From assembly GCF_021869535.1 (NCBI RefSeq), contig NW_026262604.1:3224001-3288000 (forward strand): DNA of 64,000 bases. The letters run 5' to 3'. This DNA comes from Mytilus californianus (Eukaryota). Shown one piece after another: positions 37,140 through 49,960 of the stretch (its first letter is position 1; the number at the start of each line of letters is the position of its first letter). The position numbers and the translations under genes were made by a program. The notes beneath the pieces were generated by a model, which was given only the letters and a program-made list of their open reading frames with translations, was not told where the DNA came from and searched no databases.

Positions 37140-37448
37140 ATGGCTGAAAAAGACTGGATTGTTGTTACTGCAATCGATTTAAGGACAACCTTTTCTGGAT
37201 ATGCCTTCTCATTTCGGTCCGAATTTAAAGATAATCCACTTAAGATCAGTACCAATAGCTGGATATCAGAAGGTGTTTTTAATGATGAAATGAAAGCACC
37301 ATCGGTATTGCTTCTGAATCCCGATCAGTCGTTTAACTCGTTTGGGTACAGAGCACAGAACAATTACAAACAACTGTTATTGATTGATCCAGAGAAAGCT
37401 GTTAAGTACTATTTCGTACAAGATTTCAAGATGCAACTTCATAACAGG
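37140..37448 (+). CDS. HSPA12: HSPA12-type Hsp70, copy B, exon 1 (full protein 582 aa)
   Basis: Acceptor TTTTACTTAAG| at 37129, ATG 37140 (MAEKDWIVVTAIDLRTTFSGYAFSF...FKMQLHNR), donor AGG|GTATTT at 37449. CDS 309+219+139+1082 = 1749 nt. Confidence 0.9.
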
Positions 37449-38271
37449 GTATTTATTAAGTGTACCATGTCAGTTCTGTTAAACTAAATATGGTAAAATT
37501 GTGTGAGTATAAAAAGAGACAAAATATACCAAAGTGCCAAAAAATCTCAAATTGACGAAAAAACAGACAAAAAAAAAAGAAAACGAAAAGACAAAGTAAC
37601 AAGAGTCAATAACATAACAGGCGTGATCTTAGGTGTTCTGGTAGTGTAAACTAACAGATCCTGCTCCACTATAAGCAACCGTCGTGTTGCACATGGCAAA
37701 TACAAATTCGGTAATTAGTCTCACAATTGATGAAATGAAGACGGAATTTTCCTGTCAATCAACAAATATAACAACTGAAGAAATCTTAATAATTAACAAA
37801 ATAAAAATCAAAAAATTCAAAATCGGTGTAAAATGCATTTATTTGATTGTCTTATATAGATCTTGAAAACCGCCATAAAAAGAGTTAATCTGATAGTAAA
37901 AAAATGCCCAGAATGTCATGATATATCAACTTCCTATTTCAATTAATTAACATTAGCTACGAAGTTGTTACTGCATCTGTCATAATACCATAGATATCCC
38001 AGCAACACCAAATGCATTACAGACAAAAAGTTAAATTAAAACTTAAATGGAATCTTCCATGAAAATCGAACTCTTTTCAGGCAAAGTTGATCGGATGTGG
38101 ATATTCCTATATTATCGGCTCTTTTGGACACATAACTCCTCACACAATGAAGAAGTTATAGTTCCTTTATTGTAGTCTATTTAGTCTTTGTAAATTAGAG
38201 TGATAAAAATAAATGCATCAATGATTATATGAGCTGCTAGTTATTGATTCAAATTAGTTTTATCTTATTAG

Positions 38272-38490
38272 GAAATTTCTTTGGGAATGAAAATTCAAGA
38301 CATAACAGGAAAAACGTTGCTTGCCAAAAAAGTGTTTGTTGAATCCATAAAATACCTGAAAGACCACTTTCTGGAGATATTTACCAACAAAAATTTAGAT
38401 ACCAAAATTAAAGATATCCTTTTTGTTATTACTGTTCCTGCTATTTGGACCGATGCTGCTAAGCAGTTCATGCGTGTTTGCTCTGAAATG
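38272..38490 (+). CDS. HSPA12: HSPA12-type Hsp70, copy B, exon 2
   Basis: TCTTATTAG|GAAATTTCT ... GAAATG|GTAAGT; 219 nt; FVITVPAIWTDAAKQFMR. Confidence 0.9.
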
Positions 38491-39228
38491 GTAAGTATAC
38501 TTGTACTGGTTGACAAGTCATTAAACATTGCGCATGTTTATCTCAATAAAAATTTTGGTGCGATATTTGATTATGAGAACTTTTTATTCCGCGGTTTTTG
38601 AAGGTTTCTATTGATTTATACTATGCAAGAAAAGACAACGTTATCTTGAGAAAAAGCTATTTAAGTCACCTGAACAAAATTTGAAACTGTGCTTTTTTAT
38701 AAGTCAGAATTGTATGTTAAATTCTGATAATGAAATCTGCAAGTCACATTCTCTTTTCATCAATTAACCATGGACTTTTATTTGCCATGAGCAGTATTTC
38801 GGGGGTCATTAGTGGAAAGGAATGCTCATCCTTTCCAGAACACCTGTGTTCCCCATGATGTTTGGTTCGTGTTGCAAAATCTTTAGTTTTCTGTGTAGTG
38901 TTTTGTGGAATGTATTTCAAAGTTTTTTATTTTGTCATGGTGTCATATATTTTTCCTTCCTTGCTATCGTCTTCCCTCTTTTAAAGTATGAAATGAAGTG
39001 AAGTATGTAGATCAATGGGAACTACTTTGTTAGATTTGTCTCAAGTTAGCTGTTTGGAAGATGAAAATAAATGACCTTCAAAAGTTATGTCAGAATGTGC
39101 TCTTTAGCTCACATAAGGTCTTGTATGTTTCTGTCTGGAATGAATCATAGACACCTCTTTATATAAAATTCTTATCATCTTTCTTGCTGAAATCTTAAGC
39201 TAATACACGTGGGTATGTTTCTTTCTAG

Positions 39229-39367
39229 GCAGGCATTGAAAGTTCAATGATGATACTTGCCTATGAACCCGAGGCAGCTGCTCTGTACTGCAGTTTGTTA
39301 CCTGCGGACCAAGGCATTGCAAAGTATTTCGAAGTAGGACGGAGACTGATGATTGTAGACCTTGGCG
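39229..39367 (+). CDS. HSPA12: HSPA12-type Hsp70, copy B, exon 3 (missed by the ORF track)
   Basis: TTCTTTCTAG|GCAGGC ... GGCG|GTAAGT; 139 nt; AGIESSMMILAYEPEAAALYC...LMIVDLG, 38/46 aa identical to copy A exon 3. Confidence 0.9.
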
Positions 39368-39810
39368 GTAAGTGTAGCAAATCTTAAAGTTCATGAACAA
39401 ACTTAATAATTTAACTGACTAAGCATCTTTTCTAGAGCATAATTTATTTCATATTATCTCGAATTAACATATTGTGAACGTTTTTTTTTTGTTATCATTT
39501 CTTTATTTCTTATATTCATCGAAAATGTTGGATATTCCAAAAACACTAAAACAGATATCCCAATCATACGATAATCGTTGCATATAGATATTCTACTACG
39601 CTTATTGTAGTATTTTTTCTTACCGTACAACTTTCAAGCATTTAACTTGTTTAGGTGGAAGCGCAGTACTGTTAGAGTGTTTGGATGGGGTTAACAAAAT
39701 AGAGAATAGTGGACAAAAAGTGCAGTATAAAGGGCATAACAATAAAGATAGATAGGCAAAAATATAAATAATAGCGATTAATGGGGTGTTATAATATAAA
39801 GAATAGATGA

Positions 39811-40052
39811 GGGGCATTGGTGGCCGAGTGGTCTAAGTAGTCGTACCACTGTATCACAAGCCTGTCAACACTTAGGTTGTGAGTTCGAATCCCGCGCTCG
39901 ACACCAATCTTAATTGACAAAACTTCAGAGTTTTCCTACCGAAGATCGGTTGTTCTCCTCGGACACTCCGGTTTCCTCAACCAGTAGAAATTGATCACCA
40001 CGAAATATCACGATAATGCTGAAAGTGACGTTTAACAAATCAATCAACCATC
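39811..40052 (+). mobile_element. tRNA-derived SINE in HSPA12-B intron 3
   Basis: A box TGGCCGAGTGG, B box GTTCGAATCC, same family core. Imperfect TSD ATAAAGAA(TA/C)GATG at 39796 and 40053. Confidence 0.85.
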
Positions 40053-40551
40053 ATAAAGAACGATGGTCAAAATAAATACAGCATATAGACATACGATATA
40101 AAGTCTAAAAATAAAAGAATAAAGAAATAAAGGAACCCCCCTCCATCCAGACCCTCATGTAAGACCATGTAAAGGACAAGTAAGGATAGAAGCCTTCGTA
40201 TTTGCAGTAAAAAAAAATCATGTGCTTTAAAATTATGTCTGGTTGACTATGTAAATATGTTACTAATCTGGTGGGTTAAATAAGTTGAAATAAAATTCTG
40301 TTTTCAGAACATTTTTTTAAAACAAAACTTACAGTTGACCGCTTTCAACCAAGTTGAAAATAACGTGGGTGCCACATCATGTCAGGATCACATCTCGACC
40401 TTTGTTTAGTTTAGTTTAAAATATTTTATTTGCTAAATATAATCATAATGGATGAGACTCAAGTAAATCATACTTATGAAGTCTTCTCCATGACTTAATA
40501 AGTATACTTGTATTTTAAGATAAAATCGTGCGTCTTTTCTCCATATTTCAG

Positions 40552-41633
40552 GAGGTACGGTTGATATCACAGTTATCAAAGTTATAAAAAAGGAAGAACA
40601 ATTAACCTATATAGAGCACGTGTACAGAGTTACAGGAGGGGCATGGGGAGGTAACCAGGTCAATAAGAATTTTGAAAACTTCCTGGCTCAGGTATTTGGT
40701 AATGATGTAATGGAAGAATTCAAAATGAACCATCTTTCCCAGTGGATGGAGTTGAAAGGAGACTTTGAGTTACAAAAGAAGACCCTATCAGCTGCGGGTA
40801 CGCGAGAAGTAATTGGAATAAGAATTGGCGTAGAAATTGTGGAAATTTATAAAAGAAGACGAGAAAAAGATATTGCAAATGAACTAAGGAAAAGGCTTGA
40901 TGGTAAAGTAAAAATAATTGGAGACAAGTTGTGTATTGATGTAGAGATATTCAAGAAATTTTTCCACGATTGTGTTACAGAAATCATCAATCATATCAAT
41001 GAGACATTCATGAAAAGAGGGTGTGCATGGCCGTCTGCGATGATATTAGTCGGTGGTTTTGCCGACGCTCTTATTATTCGAGACGCGATTATCAACGCTT
41101 TTCCTGTAATAAAACCAATTGTGTCACCCCCTGGAACTTCAATGTCTGTGCTCAAAGGATCAGTAATATTTGGTCATCGTCCAGGTATAGTTACTGGTAG
41201 GGTTTGTCGGGAAACATTAGGCCTCACACTTCATCGACCATACGTACCAGAAGGAGAAACAAACACACACACTTTTAAAATTGACGGTATTCTGCGTGTA
41301 GATAAAAGTTTCAATAAACTGTTTACTGTAAATGAAGTTGTGAAACTTGGACAAACACGAACACTGGAGTTACAAGATCTCCATAAATCTAAAAACATAA
41401 GAAAACAACCGAAAATCATCGAAGTTTACGTATCAAAGGATGAGGATCCTAATTTCATTACAGATTCGGGATGCTCCTTAAGGGGGAAAATCACTGTTTA
41501 TCCTCCGAATGGACAATGGCCAGAAACTACCGAAGGCTTCATTGACTTAGAAACAGGGGGTACTGAAATCACTGTACGTTACAGGGACAAACACTCTGGA
41601 CAGATTACAGAAGAAAACATTGATTTTCTGTAA
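40552..41633 (+). CDS. HSPA12: HSPA12-type Hsp70, copy B, exon 4 (terminal)
   Basis: CTCCATATTTCAG|GA GGT ACG GTT completes DLGGGTVDIT; MILVGGFADAL; stop at 41633; AATAAA at 41877. Confidence 0.9.
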
Positions 41634-41971
41634 ATTCAATTGATAAGTCATGCATGATCGAATTGGAGTATGTGCAGATAGATAAATCCTAACCAGGTTT
41701 TAGAGGAAAAGTATAAAGTCAGGTGTCGTTGAAGCAGTCTTCATGAGTATTTTTCAAACCTATCTACAAAATGTAAATAGTTATTTGTAATATAAATGAT
41801 AAACAATTATAAACTGATATGTGACATTCTTATAAACTGTGATGGCTAGGTTCAGATATATAAAGATGTATTTAGTAATAAACATTTTTAACATTATTCA
41901 GAATATAGGACATTTTCTTCCAAATTAATCATGACTGTTTATGGTTATTATTTTGGCGTTTTATGACCTAA

Positions 41972-42180
41972 GGGAGCTACCATTTGATTTTTATAGGGGG
42001 GCTAGGATGAAATTTGAAAAAAGGCAGGACAGGAGTTTTGAGTAAAAAAAAAAGGCAGGATGAGCAACTTGGCAAAAAAAGGCAGGATGACAATTTATGT
42101 AAAAAAAGTCAGGAGTGAAAAATAAAAAGGCAGGACAGAGATTACAACAAAAAAAAAATGCAGGACAAATATTTCATCCT
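41972..42180. mobile_element. PIF/Harbinger-type MITE, 3'-truncated
   Basis: TAA|GGGAGCTACCATTTG start. The right TIR is replaced by a family-H repeat fragment. Confidence 0.75.
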
Positions 42181-42833
42181 GTGATGTGTTTGAGCTTTTA
42201 ATTTTGCAATTTCATAAAGGACTTTTCGATTTGAATTTCTCTTGGAGTTCGATATTTTTGTTCTTTTACTTTTTAGGTTTAAACATTCTTGGCTTTTGTT
42301 TTGATATGAACGTTGCTGATGAAGATAAATCCAGAAAAGTGCTTCGGACACACGGAATTAATCAAGTGCTATTTTCATTTTAAGTTATATGATATGCTCA
42401 AAACTTTGGAATGCACAACTGCACATGTTCTGCGAAACTGTGTCAGGGTTCTCTCTTTTCTTGTGTAAACTAAAGTAGGTATTTCATCAAAATCTTCAAA
42501 TTTTTTAGAGTTGAGAAATCGTCCAAAACAATGGACATTTAAATTGGTAAAATCATATATAATTCTGTAGACAAAAGACAAAAGGAGTTTTCAAATCTAA
42601 TACGAGTTCAGTAAAAACTGACACAATTCGGTATTGGATAGACAGACACACTGTAAGGCGAATAGGGTGACAATCAATATGCAGATATGTTTGATAGAGA
42701 CACAGCTAAACTTAACATTAAAAAGCGCCATTTCTGATATATACTATGTCATTGCAAAAGTCAGAATACAAAAAATATTAATCACACCCACACCAAATGT
42801 TTTACAAATTTATAGATTATAAGCTTAGTATCT

Positions 42834-43070
42834 TTGACTGCATCTGTGGTATCATGATAGCGTGCTTGCCTTGGTTGCGGGAGGATATGGGTTCGAACCC
42901 CAGCCAGGTCAAACCAAACGCTTGGAATTGCTGCTTATCCGCTAAGCACGCAGCATTTAGGAGTAAGAGCAAAAAAGGTCGACTAGGAGTCAGAATAATG
43001 TGTCCGGTTTGGGTGACATGTGTTCCTGCGGACTATTACCTTGTGAACTTGTACGTTAAAAATCTTGCTG
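42834..43070 (+). mobile_element. Second tRNA-derived SINE family
   Basis: B box GGTTCGAACCC followed by GGTCAAACCAAA...GCTAAGCACGCAGCATTTAGGAGTAAG. Reverse copies or fragments at about 17225-17345, 55770-56105 and 56370-56490. Confidence 0.7.
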
Positions 43071-44212
43071 CGAGTGTCGATCTAGTACAAAGAGCAGGGT
43101 TTATATTCATATTATATTATCATGTGCCCGTCCTGAATGTACATTTAATTTGCCTCTAAACGTTAAACAGCCATTTATCCATCCGTCCTAGTATCTTTCA
43201 TGAGTTTTTGTAGATAAAAAAATACGCAATTTCTCGAAAAAGAGGGATCGGACATAATCATGAAAAGATATTAAAAAGAGGCAGAAGGAAAGAGACTATT
43301 GAGGAATACTGTCGAAATATACTTGGAAGTGTTTTATTTGTTCGTTTGTTAAAGTGGAAGAAAAAATAATCATACAACTGAAAAAAGGGGGGGGTTACAA
43401 AATTATCGCAACTACGGAACTTCGCTAAAAGTGCTAAAAATGGAAACTCCTTTTTTATTGGCAATACCGCTGCTGATAACTGCTAGTCTCCGATAGTATC
43501 TAAGTAGTAGTAGACATGATTTATAACATACCTTACTTAAAGTCTGTGTTGATAAATAAAGAAATCATTAAAAAAAAAAACGAATTTTCCATCTCGTTAA
43601 GACAAAGATACTTAAGTAACATAGATTGATTTGACTATCTTTTTGATGTCCCTTTTTATTATATAGCAACTCGCATATTCAAAATCTTACACAGCGTGGA
43701 TTTTTTTAAATCGTGTGCTCCAGAAAAGTATGACGTTTCTGTCCCCAATATTCGAAGCCGCCGTGCTACACATTACAAGAACAAGTCGTGTTATGTTATG
43801 TCACCAGCGATGCAAAATTATTCCACTACTTTGTGATGCGCAATCTTTAGTTGGTGGTGTTTTGTTTTCTGGACGTTTGTTTGTCCTCTCTATTTCATTT
43901 GATGTCACTTTTTTTTGTTATGTATATTTCATTTAAAATAAATTCAATATGTTTATGAATATAGGTGAATAAATAACCATAATGCTGTACAGCACACACA
44001 TTCCTGTCGTTGGTGTTAAACATCTATCCAAATCTCCGTGGTTGATATTCTTTAACATTGGTTTTGTAATATATTGGTATTTTTTGTGCCATCAAATCTT
44101 TTTTTTTATTTAATACTTTGAACTTAGCTTTTAAGAAATTACAAAGTTTTAAACAAACATAACGTTCATTTTCTGACAACATTGGCACTTCTTGTCGAAA
44201 AAATATAATATA

Positions 44213-44447
44213 ATTGATTGCTTGATTGATTGGTGTTCAATGCCACTTTAAACACTATTGTGCTATATCGTGGCGGTCAGTTTTTATTGGTGGATGAAGC
44301 TGGAGTGCCCGGAGAGACCCACCGACCTTCGGTAGGAAAATGGACAATCCTAGTCAATTAAGATTGGAGTCGAATGCACCTACCCCGTGCGGGATTCGAA
44401 CTCACAACCTCAGTGTTGGCAGGCTAGTGATACAGTAGCTTGGCTAC
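44213..44447 (-). mobile_element. tRNA-derived SINE (family of 4048-4291), head degraded
   Basis: B box GTTCGAATCC, family core and (ATCA)n tail. Confidence 0.8.
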
Positions 44448-44620
44448 TTTTTTTTTTATCTTTATTATATTCACAATTTGTATATACATATCACAGTTTC
44501 AATTACACAAAAATGAAAAAAATTGTCATTAGTTATTGTCTTTTCTCTGAAAAGATTCATATTTGAAATATTAGCTATATATTGCGTGAAATATTTGTCA
44601 CGAACATGATTGTCTGATTA

Positions 44621-44911
44621 GGGAGCTACCATTTGATTATGGGGGGCTAGGACGAAATTTGAAAAAAATAGGCAGGACAGGAGTTTTGAGTAAAAAAAAA
44701 GGCAGGATGAGATTATTTGCAAAAAAAATAGGCAGGATGACAATTTATGTCAAAAAAAAGTCAGGATAAACTAAAAAAAAAAAAAGGCAGGACCGAATAG
44801 AGTGAAAAATAAAAAGGCAAGACCGAATAGAGGGAAAAATAAATAGGCAGGACAAATTTTTTTATCCTAGCCCCCCCCCCCCCCCCCCATAAAAATCAAA
44901 TGGTAGCTCCC
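44621..44911. mobile_element. PIF/Harbinger-type MITE
   Basis: TTA|GGGAGCTACCATTTG ... CAAATGGTAGCTCCC|TTA. Confidence 0.85.
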
Positions 44912-46734
44912 TTATCAACTTGTGTATACTCATATACATATATATATCATTTTCTATAGAAAAACATCATATCCCTATTAATATATTCATTCTCTTTCTA
45001 ATCAACCATTCAGCTCATACATTCAAAATTATAAAAAGCTTACACTGAATACAAAGAAAAAATCAAAGAGTTAAGTGTTTGTACTAGTTTTACTACTTAG
45101 ACCACTCGGCCACCGAGTCGCCTTATAATCTAATGAACAGGTCTACCTATATTATGGGAGGAAGAGCCACTTCAAACATACAGCAGGTAGATAACAGGTT
45201 TAAACCACGAAGATATTCGATTGTTAGAAACTATTTGCGTAAACCCCTGAGGGTATATATTGGACGATGTCCGTAGTCTTTCGGAACACCGGATGTTATT
45301 CGGAATACATCTGTTTCTTTCTATGGCCACCTTTCATATACATGCGCAATAGCTAATTATTTGACCTGATGAATCATTAGCATCTTAAAGTTGCTATAGA
45401 GATATGTTACATATGATGCGAAATTTATTATGACGCAAGCTACTTTAATAAGCATTTGAATACTTCCTTGCACGCAATTACAAGCTGCTAATATTTACCT
45501 TACATTTACGCATAGTTATTCTAATTAGAGTCAAACGTTGAAACCAGCTGTGTTTAGATATGAGATAAGATTTCACGTAAACAATGCGATTTATATTCAA
45601 AACGAGATTTGTTAAAACTAAAATCTATAAAAGAAGTATTACTAGCATTTCACTTAAGATTCCGAGTCTAGGGAAAATGTAAATAATGTACGAAGCAGAC
45701 TATTTCATAATTTTCATACCTCAACGTCCTTGTGGGACTAACTAAAAGACAATACTGAAATTAAAATGAAGTCTTTCTTGCACTTTATTGAAATTTTACG
45801 TCTAGGATAGACCAAGGACGTATATAATCTAAATTGATATACGTCCTTGAATATTTTTTATTTTCTTTAAAATTGCAATTTTCTTTGTTTAAATATTGCA
45901 ACGTTATTTCCTTATCAAATGTCTATTAATTAATAGACACCGAGTGATGACAGATGCAGGCAGAGATATAAGAAAAATTAATTTCTATTTATAGTTATCT
46001 TGGTCAGGGAACAGATTATCTAACTATATGTTCGGTCTGTAGTAATTAATGCTCTTCAAAATGTTCGTCAAAATAAAAATAAATAATTATTATTTCATAA
46101 AGACGATCAGATGATGAATTTTCGGTTTTACGTACGAAAATGTAAAATAGTGTAAGAAGATTTTGAGCCATCTCACTGATCAGTAGGCTACACAGTGCCC
46201 CCAAATGACCAGTATAAAACTATCCAGCAAGAGAGAAAAAGGATAGCCGGGTCAATGAAAGAAACCTACTAGGCAACTTCAGTTCAATTTCAGTATCTCG
46301 ATTATTCTAATGGATTTGTCAAATGTCAGGGAATATCTTTTTAAATGTGGTAGGAAGACAACTCTCCATCAAAACACAGTGTAGTCAAAATTACCAATTA
46401 TAGGTTATAGTTCAGCCTTCAACACAGAAGCTTGGCTCACATTGGACAGCATCCTACCGAGGGCCCTAAAACACTGTTATAAAACAATTTAAACAGGAAA
46501 AAACAAACAGATCTAATTTAACTTCAAACCAGAAACAAAAAGCAAATATGAACTGCACCAAAAAAAGACAACCACTAAACAACATGCTTCGGACTTTGGA
46601 CATGTGCTTATGAATACATCTGGTTTAAAAGAATTTACATACATATACCATAAGACAGTAGTGTAATTTTACCATGTAAAAGACACCCTTTAATATTTAA
46701 TGAAAAAATCGTGTTCAGATAAAAAAAAAAATCG

Positions 46735-47595
46735 TAAGGGTTCCGCGGAACCCAGTGTCTCGCCTACTTTTGCTGTAAATCGCAGGCTCAACAAAAATGA
46801 GGAAAACATCAATAAAAATATTCCTCTCAATACTATTTTTTTTTTATTTTAAGAAGCTTCTGTCCAAGTTTGGTAAAAATCCAGGATAGTCTATAAATCT
46901 AAAAATTTAACTTCAGACTGTATGTAATGTTAACTGGAAGAAAAACTAAGTCCATTAATAAGTAAATTACAGATAAACAGGTACAAAATTTTAACAAAAA
47001 ATTTCCTTCTAGATACTAGCTTTTAATCATAAACAAGCTTCTGTCCAAGTTTGGTACAAATCCAGGATAGTATAAGAAAGTTATTAAAATTTAAAAAAAA
47101 ACTTTAACCTCGGAGTGAATGTATTGTATCCCAGCAGAAAACTAAGTCCATTTATAAGAAAAACACGGAAAAAATGGAATTTCATTTTTACAAAATTTAC
47201 TTCTGGATACTATCTTATGATCATAAACAAGCTTCTGTCCAAGTTTGGTACAAATCCAGGATACTTTAAGAAAGTTATTAGAATTTTAAAAACTTTAACC
47301 ACAGAGTGAATGTATCGTTTCCCTGCAGAAAAAAAAACTAAGTCCATTTATAAGTAAAATACGGAAAAATAGAATTTTATTCTTACAAAATTTACTTCTG
47401 GATACTATCTTATGATCATAAACAAGCTTCTGTCCAAGTTTGGTACAAATCCAGAATAGTTTAAGAAAGTTATTAAAATTTCAAAAACTTTAACCACAGA
47501 GTGAATATTTGTGGACGCCACCGCCGACGACACCGACGGAATGTAGAATCGCTTTGTCTCGCTTTTTCGACTAAAGTCGAATGCTCGACAAAAAG
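46735..47595 (+). mobile_element. Helentron-associated (HINE/DINE-like) element carrying a ~181-195 bp internal tandem array
   Basis: AAGCTTCTGTCCAAGTTTGGT at 46854, 47035, 47229 and 47424, then a (GCC/GAC) microsatellite-like tract and a terminal hairpin TTCGACT-AA-AGTCGAA. Confidence 0.7.
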
Positions 47596-49629
47596 GAACA
47601 CCTTACAACAGTTCATTAATGTGACTTTTAAACAAACTCATATTTAGGTGATGGGTATACTGATCAGTGGTAATTTCAGGTTTGACCATGTTAGTTTTTT
47701 TGTTGTTTTCAATTTTGTTTGTTTCTTTATAAGTACAAGGTGTCAGCTGTTTTGTCTAGGCTATAAATATCTTTTTTAATGAATTGGTTTCGGTCATCAA
47801 GGTGAAGAGGATACAGTGCGATTCAAATTGTATACTAGTATATTTACAATTAAACTTGCAGGCTTTTTTTTCATGACCCACAATTTAAAATATAAGAAAA
47901 CATCAAAATAAAAAGGGACATCCGGAAAATATCTTCAAAGCGAGGTAAAGGTTTTAAAAGTGTTTGTTTTTAACAAAAGAGGTTTGTCATCTAAAACTTT
48001 TAAGAGCATACACAAAGCACAGAACTTAAAATTGCCAATGCTTGCTACCCTAAGCATAAAAAACCTTGCAGAGCAGGTGTAAGGATCTTAATAATGATCA
48101 ATATCAAGCCATTGTTCAAATAACCATGAACATATCTCAAATTCCAATAAAAACGGCTATTTTACAGGTTCACGTTTTGCATTTCTTAAACACATATAAT
48201 CATTAATTGATTAAATTTCTTCACATTTGCATTTGAACTTTAGCCTAAAAACTAACTCTAATTTAAAAACAAAAACCAGCATCTTAGAATGGAACATCAA
48301 GTGGGTGACTTAACATGATGTCTTTCGGGAGAGAGGAGAGAAAAAAATATTCCTTTAACAAGAATATTTCACCCCACATTGAACAGTATTTACTTTAAGT
48401 AAACAGTCACTGTCAGTTTCTAATTCTTATATAACAAAAATGATATAAAACAATAAATCTTTTTTTTAAAACAACTATCTTATATCTAATGCCAAACAAG
48501 CATTTGGGTTTACGATTGCATTTCTTTTTTTAAAGAAAGCAACTTGTTTTATATATTCTACATGTTCTATATCTGTGCCGTATGACAGAATGAACGAAAT
48601 AAACTTCACTTCACTTTTCCCTTTGTATGACTGAAACCTAAAACTCCTTATAATAATAAAAGTTAAAGTTAATATCCTTTTACAGTTATCATCTGATAAC
48701 AAACATGAGAAGATATTTTTCAATAACTATCCAATTTCAAAACACCTAAAACGAAATCGTAAACACGAAATCCCTTCGTCTGTCCTCTTGTTGATATTGA
48801 CTACTAAGTTTGAACATTTTATTTGATAAACATGATAAAGGTGATACAAGGTAAATTGCGCTTTAAAGATTTTGTTTGGCTAAAAAATAAAATATTCAAC
48901 GTTTTCGATTTTTTTCGTTAAAATAACAGTTAGGTTACTATTTAGTCTCACAAATATCATGAATATAAATTAGACGAAATAAGACCCGTTTTTTAATAAA
49001 GTACTGGATCCGTTTATGATTTTTCTAGACTGGGGTTATTTCTTTTGTCGATAGCATGATACCCGTATTATTTGTATTCTTTTGTGCACAATAACATTGT
49101 AGGTGAAACCCAAGTATCAGAATATCAATACATCCTTTCAATTGTCAAACTTTAGTAATGAGTATTCACTAATGGCGTGTTGTACATAACTGTAAACAAA
49201 ATGGACGAACAGTTAATATGAAAACAGTCAAATTCTAGGTACGTATTCAACTTCAACAAGTTAGTTCGATGAAATAGATTATTCATTTATAGATTTATAA
49301 CAGATTTACGTCACATTAGGGGGGAAGGAACGACATGATTCTACAATGTTTTTGAAGTAATGAATAGAAACCTTAATGTAGCGTTAATAGTTCTGTTAGA
49401 GGAAAGGTCGTCTATCGTACATAATTTGATGTTTTGTATATTAATCTTAATACCTCGTAATTTTTACCAAATATGATCAAATATCAAGTTGTGATCACTT
49501 TACACACGCTTAAAAATATTTTCTGACTGCAAAGAAACGAAACCAATATGATTGAGATGAGATTTTTGAAGAAGAAAGTTGGTCAATCAAATCAACCCAT
49601 CTGATATTTTTCGTCTTTTTCAATTTATT

Positions 49630-49960
49630 TCATGTGAGGCTGAATTCATACAGGAGTTTATCAAGAAGAAAGAAAAGATGCTTGCATTTCGTTTTACTTC
49701 ACATTCCGACAAATAGATGATGTCCTCAACCTATTGGTTGACTATTAGTATGTTGAATGCATCTATCATATAGGACTTGAAAACAAAACATTGCGACAAA
49801 AGGGATGACTTCAGCTTTCAAATTGTGAGCTTTTCGGTTCTTTGTAGCAATCAGCGCATGTAAATAGAGTATATATCTTCCAGTTGATACGATATTCCCC
49901 TGGTTTGTGCTTTCTATCATGGTTTGAATGAAAGATGGTTGCTGTTTTAAACAAGGAAGG
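49630..49960 (+). mobile_element. Degenerate reverse-transcriptase fragment (Penelope-like)
   Basis: Frameshifted pieces read CEAEFIQE..., TFRQIDDVL (YIDD catalytic motif decayed), DKRDDFSFQIVSF and VYIFQLIRYS, the order expected in such RT domains. Confidence 0.7.

Noticed and set aside
39811-39900. tRNA gene (also 4210-4291, 17100-17190, 10600-10690)
   Set aside because: A and B boxes are present but no acceptor-stem pairing or cloverleaf. Each continues into a shared SINE body and tail, and two copies show TSDs.
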